DNA of 64,000 nt from Callorhinchus milii (Eukaryota), in assembly GCF_018977255.1 (NCBI RefSeq), contig NW_024704752.1, forward strand, positions 8,804,001 through 8,868,000. The letters run 5' to 3'. The translations under genes were made by a program, and so were the position numbers. The notes under the pieces were generated by a model that was given only the letters and a program-made list of their open reading frames with translations, had not been told where the DNA came from and did not search any database. This document shows, one piece after another, positions 38,979-52,602 of the stretch; the stretch's first letter is position 1; the number at the start of each line of letters is the position of its first letter.

Positions 38979-39312
38979 AATTCATCAATCGACTAACAAC
39001 CGGGTTCCCACTTACTGCTGGGTAATCAGAGTAAGTAAATATTCCCAAAGTTTCACCCTCCCGGAAATTGAACCCAGATCCTCTCGCGTGTGAGGCGAGT
39101 GCTCTAACTACTAATCTACAGGACTCCACACACAGGACAGTATCAACATTCTTCCACCATCACCAGCCAATCAGCTAAGAAGTTGACAGGAGGAGGGGTG
39201 GAGGAGAAATTCCTTGTACGCTAAGAGCAGGCTGACCTGATAAAATGAGCTCCGTCTCTCTCATTTCCTGAGTACGGCTCAAGAAGAAGTGTTAGAAGCA
39301 TTGTTGTGCGAT

Positions 39313-42300
39313 ATGAAGGCTCTTCTAGTATTTGTGGTTTGGGCTCAGCTGTCCAGTTCACGGGCTGAGCCCTCTCCTCAGCCCATTGCTCCTTTACTCT
39401 TGGATTCCACTAATTGCAACGACTCTAATACAATAAAGGTGTCAGGTTTGGCTCTGCAGGAAATCAATAGAAACCGCAGGGAAGGTTATATCTACAACCT
39501 GGTCAGCATCAGGAGCGCTCTGAAACAGTCTCAGGTGAATGAACATCATCTTGAATGCTGTATACAAGCAGGTTGAGAATGCTCTTTCACTAGTGGTTTC
39601 TCCGATCATTTTCATAATGTGCATTATGACTAACAAACTGTATTAGAAAATAGATCTGTAGATTGTTTCTCGTAAGTTTCAGAGGGATTGACAAGTTGAT
39701 CTATATCGGCAGAGGATGTTTGACAGCGATCCAGTTTTGTGAATGTTAAACACCCATTGGAACGAGGAAGAGATTTCACTTTGATGTTTAAAATTAATTA
39801 ATTAAATAATTAAATATCATTCGATGCACAATCAGCTGGCGCAGTTGCTGGTGGTAATCGAGAGACACGATGGTGATGCAAGTTATATTGTCAGGACAGT
39901 GGTTCTGGTCAGCAGACCCTCTTTTTCTTTTGCCCATCAGCCATCCAGATGACAATTGGCCATTCACTTCTTAAACTGCAAGGATTATTATTAATTATTA
40001 TTATTTTTATTGATAGCGTATTGATTGATAAGATGTTTTTGTGTTTTACCGTGTGTCGTGACTGTGATTTGCAGGGTAATGCAGGCATGGTGTATTATCT
40101 GACTCTTGGTGTTGATGAAACGGAATGTCACGTGCTGAGTAGGAAAGACTGGAGATCATGTGAGAGTAGGATGTTCCATCAATCGGTAAGTGTGAATTTC
40201 TCAATTCAGAAAGATCTAAGAAGACGCTAGAGGCAAAACCCAGAACAGACTGCGAATCTGAGTCCCTACAAACACTTAGACTCATAGGTAGTAATGATGG
40301 TAATGATAGGCATCTTAATATTTACTACGTGGGCTACAAAAGATTCAAATTTATCTGATGGAAAAGGCACCTGCTTTATTATTGTTTTGCTTTCCCATTG
40401 TAATAAAAGTTTCTTTAAATAAAGTACTTAAAGGGCAACTGTCTCAGTGATTTGCACCAGGTATAATACGTTTTAACGCTGTAATTTGATAGAGGATCAG
40501 ATTAAAAGAACTCACACAATTGCTATACTCCTTCCAAATTTCTCCTCCCCTCCATCTCGTCTGAAAATTGCTGACACCTGTTTGGACATGGCTCCAGGGT
40601 TGGCAAATATCTGGCAATACCTCAAATAAATGGCTCATTCCTTTCATAAAAAATGGAGCTTGATAGGACCTACAAAAGGATAATTATAAAATTTAAATCA
40701 ATCTGACACCAATGTTCACTGACTACAGAATTCATTGATGCTCTGAGGAGCTTGTCAGTATCATTTATAATTTTGTGTGAATTACAGGGAAAATTTGTCC
40801 AACATATTGTAATGAATTTACTTTTAGAGTTCTAAAATCAGTCCCTTGTTGGTTTAATGGAATACTTGATACTGATATGAATCTCACTGTATTGTGTTCT
40901 GTTTGCGCAAGGTTGCAGGTGAATGTAACGCAACATTACACATCAACAATCTAGAAAGGATTGTCTGCTTGCATGACTACAACTGTTCCTTAACCTCAGG
41001 TGAAGTAGATTTAATATGTAAAACTTCAAATGAAATGTTAAACTGAGGCCCCATCTGCCTGTACAGGTGGATATTAAAGATCCAATGGTGCCATTCAAAA
41101 AGGGAAGAGAGTTTACCCCCATTCAGGAGAACTTCTCCTGGTCAATAATTTCCCAAATAAAATTAGTCATTTGCTTCACGGCTGTTTGTGAGACATTGCT
41201 GTGCACAAAATTGACTGCCGCATTTGGCTTCAAAACACAAAGGCATTACACTTTACAGTATATCCTGTGAAGCGCTTTGGGACATCCTCCCAATGTGAAA
41301 AGGTTTCTTTTTGGTTTGCTTCTACTCACTGCAGTCTCCTCCAAAGGTTGCTCAGCTCACTGGAGAAAAAGTGAATCGCACAACAGGAGGTGAGGAGATT
41401 CTCCTGAATTCACATCACTCCTTGTGCAGAAGCAGCGAGTTTGTGATTGTGTGTGGCCACGATCAGTGATACAGGCACACAGATTGGGATCACACATGTG
41501 GCAAATACACCCTGTGGGACAGCAGTGTAGTGAGTTTTTAATGGGCTATTTAAGTATCTGTCTGTCTCCACTTCTTACAGCTTTCTGGGGCAGAGCATTC
41601 CACATCTTCACAAACCTCTCCGTGAAGAGATGCTCGCTCTCTGACCACAGTTCTAACGCATTCCTAGAACCCTAAAACGATATGTTTGTGTTGCAGCTGA
41701 TCGACGCACCGTGAGTGAAATATGTCCAGATTGTCCGATAGATCGTGATGATAAGGAGAATGAATCATCAATCAACAGTGCTAACAAGGCTCTTACAAAT
41801 TACAACCAAAATAGTAACAATACCAAATATTTCAACCTTCTCAATGTCACCAAGTATTCATTTCAGGTGAGCTACTTTACTTTTGTAATCAGATCGTACA
41901 ATATTCCTTGTTTATTTTTGCCAGATGGACCAGGATACAGAACACATTTTTTAAAAAAAGCTTTAGTGATGGGAGGACGGTAAGATGGGTATTCTGGAGG
42001 ATGAGATCAAATGAGCTGAAGGACTGTTTTCATCCTAACTACTCTTGCGATCTTGTGATTATTAAGATGCATCACAACTGAGCCCATTCCTTGGCTGATA
42101 AGAGGTAATCGGATACCTATCAAGAATGGGAGTCTTAGTTCATTTTTATCCTCCATACTCCAGGGCAAACATTACCTTGTATGCCCTTGTACGTCCAGCT
42201 CCATTAATCTAGTAATGTTTCCTTGTATTAAAGGCCATCCTGTTTTTCTTATGTTTCAGGGAATGTTTTTTGAAGCACATTTTGTGGAATTTACCATCGT

Positions 42301-43848
42301 GGAGACGGCGTGTTCAAAGAAACAGACTGTCAAAAACCTTTCAAAGTGCAAACCTTTAGCCCCTGGTGTTGCTGTACGTAATTATTGGGACTCTTCACTC
42401 TCAATGCAATTAAAAATCCTAAACAGTACAGTATCTAATTTGAAAGTGTGGGAAATGGTGCAATAGAGCTGCTCATCAAAGTTTATGTCTGAGGTACATA
42501 TGTTGTTGCTGGAGGGAACTCTATTTAACATCTAAAGTATGCTGTATCTGACCCTGACCTGGGAATGAAGAATGCTGGCCCCAGGTTAACATTCGTTGTA
42601 TTCCTCAACACTATTATCCCACATCTGAATAAGTACAGCATTTGCCCTCACAATAATTAGTTGCTTACAGAGATTTAATTACCAGTCTCCGAATGTGATG
42701 TTTTCCATTATTTGTAGCAATTTGGTTTCTGCAAAGCCTCAGTACAAATCGTCAACATGAAAGATGGTACAACTGTGACATGTGAGCTCTATCAGCCAGA
42801 GGTGAGCAAATACTTTTGTTATACTCTTTATTCAATCAGTTTATTTAGAGATCGCTCTTCTTGCTAAAAGTATAAGCTTAGCATTATAATTATTTTAGAT
42901 TCTTTTGAAATATATTTTCAATTTTTTTCCCCTTACAATTTGGCTTCCCCCCGCTCCTAAAGGATTTTATTTATACTGGGAAGGTTTCACGTTACTCGGC
43001 TTCTGGTGCATTGCCTAAGTGGTTCTTCATAAGAAATGTTAGATGGTGGGTGTTACAGGCTATTTGACCTTATGGCTAGTAAAGTTGCCGTGTGACACTT
43101 CACCAAAAAAGCCCCAAGCTTCTTCCCTGGCTTTTGCTGAATGAACTGATTTCAGGGGTTTTTACTGGGCTAAGGAGAGGAAAATGACTCAGGATACATA
43201 CTCTTGAGTGCTGTCCAGTGACCCCTGCTGAAAAATCATGTGTGGAATATCAAGACATTGAATGAGACCAAGATCAAGCTCGGTGATGATGCCCTTGTTG
43301 TTGAATAATTTGCCAGCACTTCTGGTCAGGGCACTCATCAAAATGGGCAGATGAGTGAGGCTATGGATGGTTCTGGTAACCATGGAACTTCACCACACCA
43401 TGTGTCAGACCCACAGGTGAAAATGTGTAGTGAGGATACAGAAATTGAATGACCATCTACTTGATCGCAGCCTGGATTACTCTTATATTAACAGTTTGTC
43501 TGTTCAGTTTCTACTGTTGAACAGGCGAACAATTTTACCTGTCATTTACAAATCCCTTGAGCAATGGGCTGTTTGTATTTTTGGTTTGCACCGCTATGTG
43601 GAATCTTTTCTGCTTTACAGGAATACAGGGACCTGAATCATCCTGATCATTGTCGTAATCAAGCCCTTATAGAACAATTACCTAGAGATCCGAGAGCGAT
43701 GAGAAAAGGCCAAACTTCAGGAATGCCAACCTTTATGCAAATGAATGAAACTGCAGAAAACCTTGTTGTGCTTCCATATTTTCCTTTGAAGCGATCTTCC
43801 TCAAGTTCTTGCCCATATTCTGTAGGAGGGACTAATTCTATCCGGTGA
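39313..43848 (+). CDS. FETUB: Fetuin-B-like, 7 coding exons, 338 aa (gene 4)
   Basis: Exons 39313-39534, 40075-40185, 40912-40999, 41697-41866, 42260-42373, 42718-42801, 43621-43848; open frame (1017 nt). CNDS..ALQEINRNRREGY, YYLTLGVDETECHVLSRKDWRSC, GECNATLHINN..YNC and CPDCP all align with human fetuin-B. AATAAA at 44139. Confidence 0.88.
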
Positions 43849-45850
43849 AAAACAAAGCACCCTTTATGATACTTTTACATCTATATAGAACTCCTTCAGG
43901 GTAAACCTTAGCATGGGTTTCTGAGGGATGTCTGAATGGAAAATGCATGAAAATCTGCAATTTGATTAAATCATCGAATATTTTCTTAACTTTTTAATAA
44001 TGTGAGCTCAGTTGGAAATACTAACAATGAGTATTAATAACACTTTTACTTAGATTTAAGCAGGCCTCTTGGATGCATTCTGCTGTGTGTTTGACCCATA
44101 AGCTTTGCATTATCTATTTGTTACAATCCTGATATGTCAATAAAATCAACAGTGCTTTCAACATGGCTCAACTTGATTCATTTCCAGCAACAATCCTCTG
44201 TCTATTGAATTGATTTATGGGTTTGACAGGTTTAATGCACAGAATATGAAGGGCTACTACGATGGGGAAGAAACAATCAGATTTACTGATATACCTCTCA
44301 CCCCTTGGAAACGATCTGAGTCAGTATCTTCTGGAAAGGGGAGAAAATTGAACCAGAGGCCCTCTTCAGAAATCATATAACAAAGGATTTCACACCTACG
44401 CCAAGATATCTGCTCAACTGCCCCATAGAGACAAAGAATATTCCAAACTCTAAATGTGCAAAACTGTAACCAACAGATTCTGTGGCATTGACCAATACAA
44501 TGTGTCTGATCCTGAAAATAGAACTAACACAATGTGCAAAACTGTACACGGTGTCAGCTTTTGAAGTGTGAGAATCTCTGTGTTTTTAAAAAAAACTCTG
44601 AAACACATTTTAAAGGCAAATGGTTATTGATAAACTTTATGCTAAAGTCAGCTAATTTAATTTCTTTTTCAAATACACAAAAAGCCAGGCTAGCTGGACT
44701 AATTGGGGGGCGGGGGGGGGGGGGGGGGGGGCGGCGGGGAGGGAGGAGGCAGGGGGAGGGAGGCAGGGTGGGTGGGTGGGGAAAGATTCGATCTGGCGAG
44801 CCGGAATTTCTGGCTAAGTGTAGTTCCAATGCGGGTACCAGCATTGTAATTGTTTGAAACCCCGTGAGCAGAAAATAGCGAATAAGCCAGCAAGGCTGGT
44901 GAGTTGGGGGCACAAGCTAGGAGAGTGGGCTGGTGGGAGTCTACATGCACGTGGGCTGATTGATTCTTTGAAAGAACAATCCATTATGTTCTATCTACGT
45001 GCCTTTTCCCCACACTGAGGCAAATTATTCCTTTTAAGATACCTATCTACTGTAGGTTCCTCTTAAAAACTAATGGATTCTACCTCAAGCACCATATCTG
45101 GCAGTGAAACCAGAGCTTTGCTATGAATGTCCGTGGTTTGTGGAAGGAAAAAAAAGAACTGTTTCCACAATCTTGAGGATTTGAAAAGAATGCATTAGAG
45201 CAGCGAAATGATGTTTGCCTCCAAAACAGTAAGGATGTAGGACAGTGTCTTTTGAGGTCTGGAGGTTTGTGAAAGTTCTTCTTTGCAATAAAACACATGG
45301 AAGGTATATGTATCTATTCAAAGCCGTTTGTATCAAAACTTTCCATAAAGTCCATTCTTATCTCCCACTAAAAGGTTATTCATGTCTCATCTACTCTGTG
45401 CTCTCAGTTTAGTCTTGTGCTGACTTTTAATCTCCGTTATCTCTCCATTACAATCCTCCAACACACAGCAGTGTATCGGCCTGTAAGGAATGTTAGAGAT
45501 TATAATGGCTAGAATATAGAAGCTATTGTTTTTGTTACAATTTTATTTGTTCGGGTCTTGATTTCTTGAAAAAGAAGATAGAAATAGTTTAGTTGGATGA
45601 GTCATGTAACAAGACTGCATTGATTGGACTGAGGAAGCCCTAAATATAATTTTCTTTTGCAAAGCTGTGATTCCAAAATCTAGAAATAGATTTGTTTGCC
45701 GACTAATAGGCAGTTAAGCGCACAAGAGAAGACAATGTTGACTCCACCAACTCTATCTGACCTTCACTTGGTGACATTGTGACAACACACGCATAGAACA
45801 TTTTCTTTCTTATTGTCAAGTCAATGTTGTTTGTCCCAAAAGCTGAGGTG

Positions 45851-45899
45851 AGAACCGTGTTGCATAAGCAAAGTCAAACATTTCATAAAATGTTGATTC
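45851..45899 (+). promoter_or_regulatory. Upstream block conserved between the two kininogen genes (second copy 53571-53619)
   Basis: AGAACCGTGTTGCATAAGCAAAGTCAAACATTTCATAAAATGTTGATTC vs AGAACCATGTTGCACAAGACAAATCAAATATTTCAAAAAGTGTTGATTC, about 70-75 bp before each ATG; contains a C/EBP-like TTGCA(T/C)AA and a forkhead-like CAAA(C/T)A. Confidence 0.55.
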
Positions 45900-45968
45900 G
45901 TCAGGGACACAAAGAGTTTGGTAATCTGATCTCGCTTTCGTGTCAGAGGCTGAATAATCTGACCCAAA

Positions 45969-48900
45969 ATGAAGCTTTTTGTTGTGCTCCTCTTCAGCTC
46001 CCAGCTGTTACACAGCAATGCTCGTTCCGTTTCTGACATTGACAGTGTGGATCCAATCCCTATTGATTGTGATGATCCTGAGCTTCTAAAAGCTGTAGAT
46101 TTCACATTACGTAAATTTAATGGTGAACGTAGAACAACTCATCAATATGCTCTCGATAGAGTTTCTTTTGGTACAGTGCAGGTGAGTTGAAATCTATTAT
46201 TCCATCATACAGAATCTGCGTCTTGGAACGTCCTCCCGACGTGAAAGGCGCTCTATAAATGTAATTTTGTTGTTGTTATTGTTGCATGCACTATTGTTTT
46301 CCTAATATTTTACATGTTGTCACTTTAGTTTAGAAAAAAATAAATTTTCCAATTTTTCAGCTCTTCTGAAAGAACTCTGACTTGTGGTTCGGTTAAAGTT
46401 CCACAGTTTGATGAGAAGATATTGTGTAGCTGATTTGTTCTGATATTTTGGGTTGTGATATTGTTGGGGGGGGAAAGGGAGGAGGTGGAAGAGTACAGTA
46501 ATATTGTCTTTGGATGCGCCACATGGAGCCTTTGTTGTTATTGCATTCTAACCTTTCAGGACAGTGTGCTTAAGTCCCATTTTCCTCACAAGCTCTTTTA
46601 TGTTCTGATGAAACAATATACAAAATTGTTCGAGAATTATTGATAGGTGATAATAATAATAAAGATATTAATAATAATGATCCTTACATTTGGTGTTGAT
46701 GCCCTAAAGCATTTCACAGGATAAACTGTAAAGTGGAGTGAGTGTCTGTTTTTTTGTGGGTGATGATAGAAACTACTAAGCCCGTAACCTTGTAAACTGA
46801 TGCCCCAGCACAGAAGGATGTGGTGTTGGGGAAGGGGAGGGAGGATGTTCACAACCACAGCTCATTTCCCCCCTGCTCGGATCCTGACCCAACTGTCCAG
46901 CACCTTGGGACGTCCTCCCGACGTGAAAGGCGCTCTATAAATGGAATCTTGTTGTTGTTGTTGTTGTTATTGTTGATGTATTTCGTTTCTGAGGTTGAGC
47001 AGATGCCCATGGGGAAGGTCGATGAATTAACCCAAACGCTGCCAAGTCCCTCAATGGGTTATCCTTTATATTTATATTTCTATTTCGTCCACAATACACA
47101 GACAATCCACTTTACAGTATATCTTGTGAAGCGCTTTAAGGTGTGTTGAAGACGTGATAAGCCACTATATCAAATGCAAGGATTATTATATTATTATTAT
47201 CATACATATATTGTCACAGAGTGGTACTGGTACGATTCTGACACCAAATCACCTACTTGTTGAGGGTCCTCTCCTCATCTCCCACTGCCTGGCGTAATAA
47301 GCTGAAACAAACACTAATATTTCAGCAATAAAGCTAAATGTCAGAAGCAGCTTTATTACTGTAACATTAACCGAAAATACTTAATGATAATATTAACAAA
47401 CATTTTTCCTTGTGGACACTTCCACAAATATCCTCAGTCTGCCAGTATAATCAGGATCAGGGCTTTTTATTAACCTTTTAGATCCAATATTACAGCACAG
47501 AAACAAATACTAATATTAAAGTAAACAAGCTATTCAAATGTCAGTAGCAGCTTTGTGAATATTAGAAATACAGTTAAATACATATTGATTAAAATAATAA
47601 TCCTTGTATTTGATATATAGCACCTTATCAAGTCTTTGAGATGTCTCAAAGTGCTTCTCAGAATATACTGTAAGGTAAACTGACTGTATATTTTGTGGGC
47701 GAAATGCAGCAGCCAATTGTGCACAGCAGTGCCCCACAAACAGTCATGGATTGAGTGACCAATTTATTTATTTATTTTTGAAGGAATTATTACCCCCGGA
47801 ACAGTGATCTGCCAATTGACTAACAACTAGGGTCCTAATTACTGCTAGGTAAACAGAGTAAGTAAACTTGCCTAATGTTTTTCCCTGCCCAGGAATCGAA
47901 GCTGGGTCATCTGACTTGCGAGGCGAGTGCTCTAACCAATAATCCAAAGAGTTCCATGGAAAGGAAATAAAAATAGGTTAATTAATTTATTCCTACTTGC
48001 CATGTAATCACCAATTATAATTTCTTCTTTCTTATTCTCCATTGTTTCCCAATCCGATTCTGCTCCACTTTCTCTTTTTGACTCTACTGGTAGATTTGAT
48101 TTCATCTTTCCCACAGAAATATTAAATTCATTGGTGGATGCACGGAGATAGGCATGTGCACAATACGTGTGAACAGTTGAGAGACTAAAATGTGAACAAG
48201 CAGTTTAGTTTCATTTGTTTAGATGGAGAATTGAGATTATTGCTGAACATTGACTAATTCTATTATACACAGAGAAAACGTGGGAGTCGATATTTCATCA
48301 AATTTGATATTCAGGAATCTAACTGCCTTGTGGAAAGTGAGAAAACCTGGACAGAATGCGACCACAGACCTCCTACAGTGGCTGTAAGTTTCTGAAACTT
48401 TCTTCCATTTAAATTGAGAAACCAAGCTGAAGGGTCCAGGTGAATAGTGGAAGAGAACATTAAATCTGTAGATTCGCATCCAATGGCATAGAGAATTTCA
48501 TTGTCATGGAGAATGGACAGGTTCCATTCAGCATGGGCTGTGCTGATGCTTCTCTCTGCTGGGGTTTTATGAGATTGGGAAATTTTGTTATAAGGATATT
48601 ACAAAAAAAATGCTATTTTTTGCCGTAAGTATAAAGTAGGGCCTGTTGGCTCATTTCCCAATGCCTTCTCCTTCTTTATAGAATTTGGCCCTTGATCCTC
48701 AATGGCATAGAAGTGGGGATCTGGGGAATCATGAACCTGAAAAATCTATAGTATAAGATTGCTAAGATTGTTACTGAACCAACTTGGTACAGTTCCCTCC
48801 TATATCCCAGTGTTGTGCTAGTTTTATGGTTGTGACTTTTTCATACAAAGCAAATCAGCAAAAAGAGGTAATCACACAAACAGGGGTTGCTTTCTTACAG

Positions 48901-51900
48901 TTTTTCCCTCCAGTCCTGAAGGTGCTGAATCATGCTAGGTACTATTGGGCAGATGTTAGTCATAATAATAATTATAATAATCCTTGGATTTGACATAGCG
49001 CCTTATCGTGCCTTTGAAACGTCTCAAAGTGCTTCACAGAATATACTGTATTTTTTAGTCTTTCCCCAGTATCTCACGTAAGTGACTGGTCTTCAAGTGT
49101 GAGCCCAGGTAGTAAGATTACCTGTGGGACTTCATAGCTAAGCCACATCCAATCCTCAAATGGCATTCATGCACCTATGTTTTTGCAACCGGGCGTCACT
49201 ACTTGGTTACAAGGAGTGATTTACCTTTCCCTCCCTCGTCAGCAACATTGAGGACATTGTGCTATAGAAATGCAATTTGTGGTTGTCGTCGCACTAATAT
49301 TGCTATTTATTCTCAGAATATTGGTCATTGTGAATCCAGTGTGTACATTCACAGAGCAGGAAGAATTTTAGAAGTGACTATGTACAACTGCACCATCATT
49401 CCAGGTAAGCAACATTGCATTTAGGCCAGCAAGTACATATGGGTTTCCTCCCCACTCGCCCCTTCCGCATTACGCTCATGAGAAATATCCCACAGTTGTC
49501 AAGGAAAAGCTGTCCATATTGTTCATTTGCAGACAAGATGTCATTCTGGATATATAATGCAGTTTTAACATACAGACCTCCAGCACTCTTTTATGGTTCC
49601 GAGATGAGCACATCAAACCATCTCTTGTTTGCAATAAAGAAATATTTGTAACAGTCTTATCTTTAGAAAATGATTTACAAACTAATTGATCGTAGTAACT
49701 AATTGTGTACCAAGCAAACAGGATAGACAGTGTCATGGAAAAAAATCAACCCTTGATGTCAAGAACCTGCACGGACACTGAACCTATCTCACACACAGAG
49801 AATTAACCTTCGACACTTAAATGTTCCTAATGCACAGAAAATGAAGCCTTAAACACCTAACCCAGCTAACACACAGAAAATTAACAATCCAAAACTAAAC
49901 TCAACCAAGACAAAGGAAATTGGCAATGATTATACGCACCAAAAATTACCCGTCACCTGTTTCACACTTTGCAGTGGCTTTACTAACTGAACCACAAGGA
50001 TAGATCTTGGGACAACTTGGTTTGAAGGCCTACCAATGGACAAACTACTACAGTATATCCTGAACAAACATGAAACAACTTAATCATGCCCAATATTATA
50101 CAGTTAATATAGATCTCACACCAAATTCTGTGTATATACAGTACTGCATAACATTTGAAACATACTCGCAACTGTTACTGTATAGGTTATGCATGTCTCA
50201 CACAAAAAACGCATTTGCTATTATATATGTAATGAAACATGAATAGAAATGGTATCACATATGTGATAATTGTGCTTACACATTAATTGCTTGTCACCTT
50301 GCTTCCCAGTTAACGATCCGTGGATTGTTCCCAAAATTGCACCTTGTCTTGGGTGTGCAATTTCTTTACCACACAACAGCTCCAGAGCTAAGGAAACCCT
50401 TGATTATTCTATTAAAAAGTTCAACAGTGACAGCAACTATCCTAATATCTTTGGGTCTGAGGTGATCTTCAAAGTGACTTCGCAGGTTAGATATTCCTTT
50501 GGAAATCTATAAACATTTAACTCATTCTTATACAGTATTTCTGGGGTTAGGAGGTTCTGAACTTAATGACACATCATCATATCTGCCTTTGTGTGATTAT
50601 GGGGAGAAGAAGCGTTAAGAACTTAATAAAGTGTGAAATAAGAAAAAGCCACAAAGCCAGTTTGCTGATACAATGCTATATGTTCGAAGCATCTAGTTTT
50701 ACGCAAATAAACAGAAACAATTATACACTATACCCAAAGTGAAGCCCACTCTAAAATCAAGGTTACTCCCTTCAGTGCTGCATTTATTTTAAATAGGTGG
50801 TGGCTGGATATTTATATACACTGAAGTTTTCTCTGCGGGAAACAGAATGCACCAAAAGTTCCAATGATGTGTGGCAAGATTGCATATTAAAGCCTGATAA
50901 TGCAACAACGGTGAGTATCACAGAAAGTAGCCTCTGCGCCCATCTCTACATGCTGTGCTATTCCCTGTAGTATTGCTTGGTGAAACTCTCCATACATTTA
51001 ACTTCAACACAGCGTGGATACAAGGAGAAAAAAGTGCATGTGATGACATATGTGGGGGCACAGAGAAAGAAGAGTGGAAAGAGGAAAGTACTGAGAAACA
51101 ATGGCTACAGTTACATTGATAAAATAGAGATGAAAATGAATGTAACAGGCAGAGAAGGTGGATCTTGCAATTAGAGGATTATCTACCACAGGACAAGTGT
51201 TTTGTATTGTATTCTGGGCAGGGATGTTAGAAGAGCCTCTGCCAAAATGGGTGAGAACAGAGTGTCTTGACAGTACATTGAGTAATACACAGTAATATAT
51301 TTTTAATCTATCTATGGTTTGTGTCAAGTGTATGTTAACATATCACCAGATTGGTTTGGATGAAGAAGGCCATTTGGCCCATCCAATTATTCTTCAATAA
51401 TATAGACTGGAATAGATTGGCAATTTAATGACTTCCTAACCACAACAACAACATCCTTGTACGAAGCTTGCATAAAGTAGAACTCATTTGCTAACAGCTG
51501 AAACTGTAAGTCTTGTGTATATCTCCTAAAGATAAATGGTACACACTGGGTCAACCCAAACAGTGCACCAATAAAGATGCCAAAAGAATATTGTAGTGTG
51601 ATGTGCTAGTTAAACCAGGTTTTACAGCAAATGAATTGTAAATATTTTTTTCTAATATTTACTCTCCAGCTTTACTGCAACTCAACTGTACTTTTCAGTA
51701 TTCGAGCAAATGAAATAGATACCTTTGTATCCTGCAGCACCGATCCGATTGGATTTCAAGTAATACTCTTAGAATTTGCTACTATATTTTAACAATCTGT
51801 TTAATCACTAATAAATTATATTACGTTAAGGAAAATGTTAAACTCAGTCTTAAAGTTGAAGCCTAATTTCCCCAGTACTTAAAAAAACTCACTGAAAACT

Positions 51901-52602
51901 GGCTGTGAATTAAGATTGTATTTAAGAATTTGCTAACTTCTGGACATTGAAATGCTAAGAAAATACAGTAAAGTTAGACTCAGGTGGAATTCCTCCTCCT
52001 AGGTTAGTTGTAATGCTCATCTCTCTACTCCTAACATTGCTTTTCTACTTCACTAATCATTTTGTGACCGATTGCACCTATTTTTGCTCGATAGTCCCTT
52101 GCCCATTCTACAACTGTTTGCTTTGAGATTTGATTTATAATTTAATTTGTCTAACAGAATTTTAAATGGGATAAACTTGGGAATAAAATAAAATGTTTTC
52201 CTCTTACTCTGTTTCAAGATGGAAGGATTCAGAAGCCAACCGACTGAGACCATTGGGATTTTGGCTCAGCAACGACAAAGACATAGGCAGCATCACTTTT
52301 ACCAACAGCAGGATTCCCATGAACAGCATCTGATAAACAAATCTGAGCAATCAAATCCAGCAGTCATTACAACTTCCGCTCCTCTGGAATTACCCCTTTC
52401 TGCAATAGATCAGCTTGCAGACCTTCTAGGACCAGAACCTCCTGTCAACTGCCCAGGAAAACCATGGAAGCCTTTGAGGCACATAACACCAACCGACCCT
52501 GTAAGTGAAACTGTTCCTCCTCCACTAAACACAGCTGAAGAGGGGGAACAACCCAAATCAGATGGCTTTTTCTTTGATTTTGACTTACTGGCTGGTTTGT
52601 AA
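45969..52602 (+). CDS. KNG1: Kininogen with two cystatin domains, 7 coding exons, 391 aa (gene 5)
   Basis: Exons 45969-46181, 48273-48383, 49317-49404, 50310-50485, 50797-50910, 51670-51759, 52219-52602; open frame (1176 nt). [25 protein letters not shown]|VVAG, His/Gln patch, CPGKPWK and terminal FDLLAGL (human HK CPGRPWK...YYFDLTDGLS). Confidence 0.88.

Noticed and set aside
44534-44950. Gly/Pro-rich ORFs around a poly-G tract
   Set aside because: Low-complexity G run (44705-44780) with no exon structure; at most a G-quadruplex-capable tract.
45969-52602. Gene 5 as histidine-rich glycoprotein
   Set aside because: No GHHPH-type repeats; CLGC, QVVAG, CPGKPWK and FDLLAGL are kininogen hallmarks.
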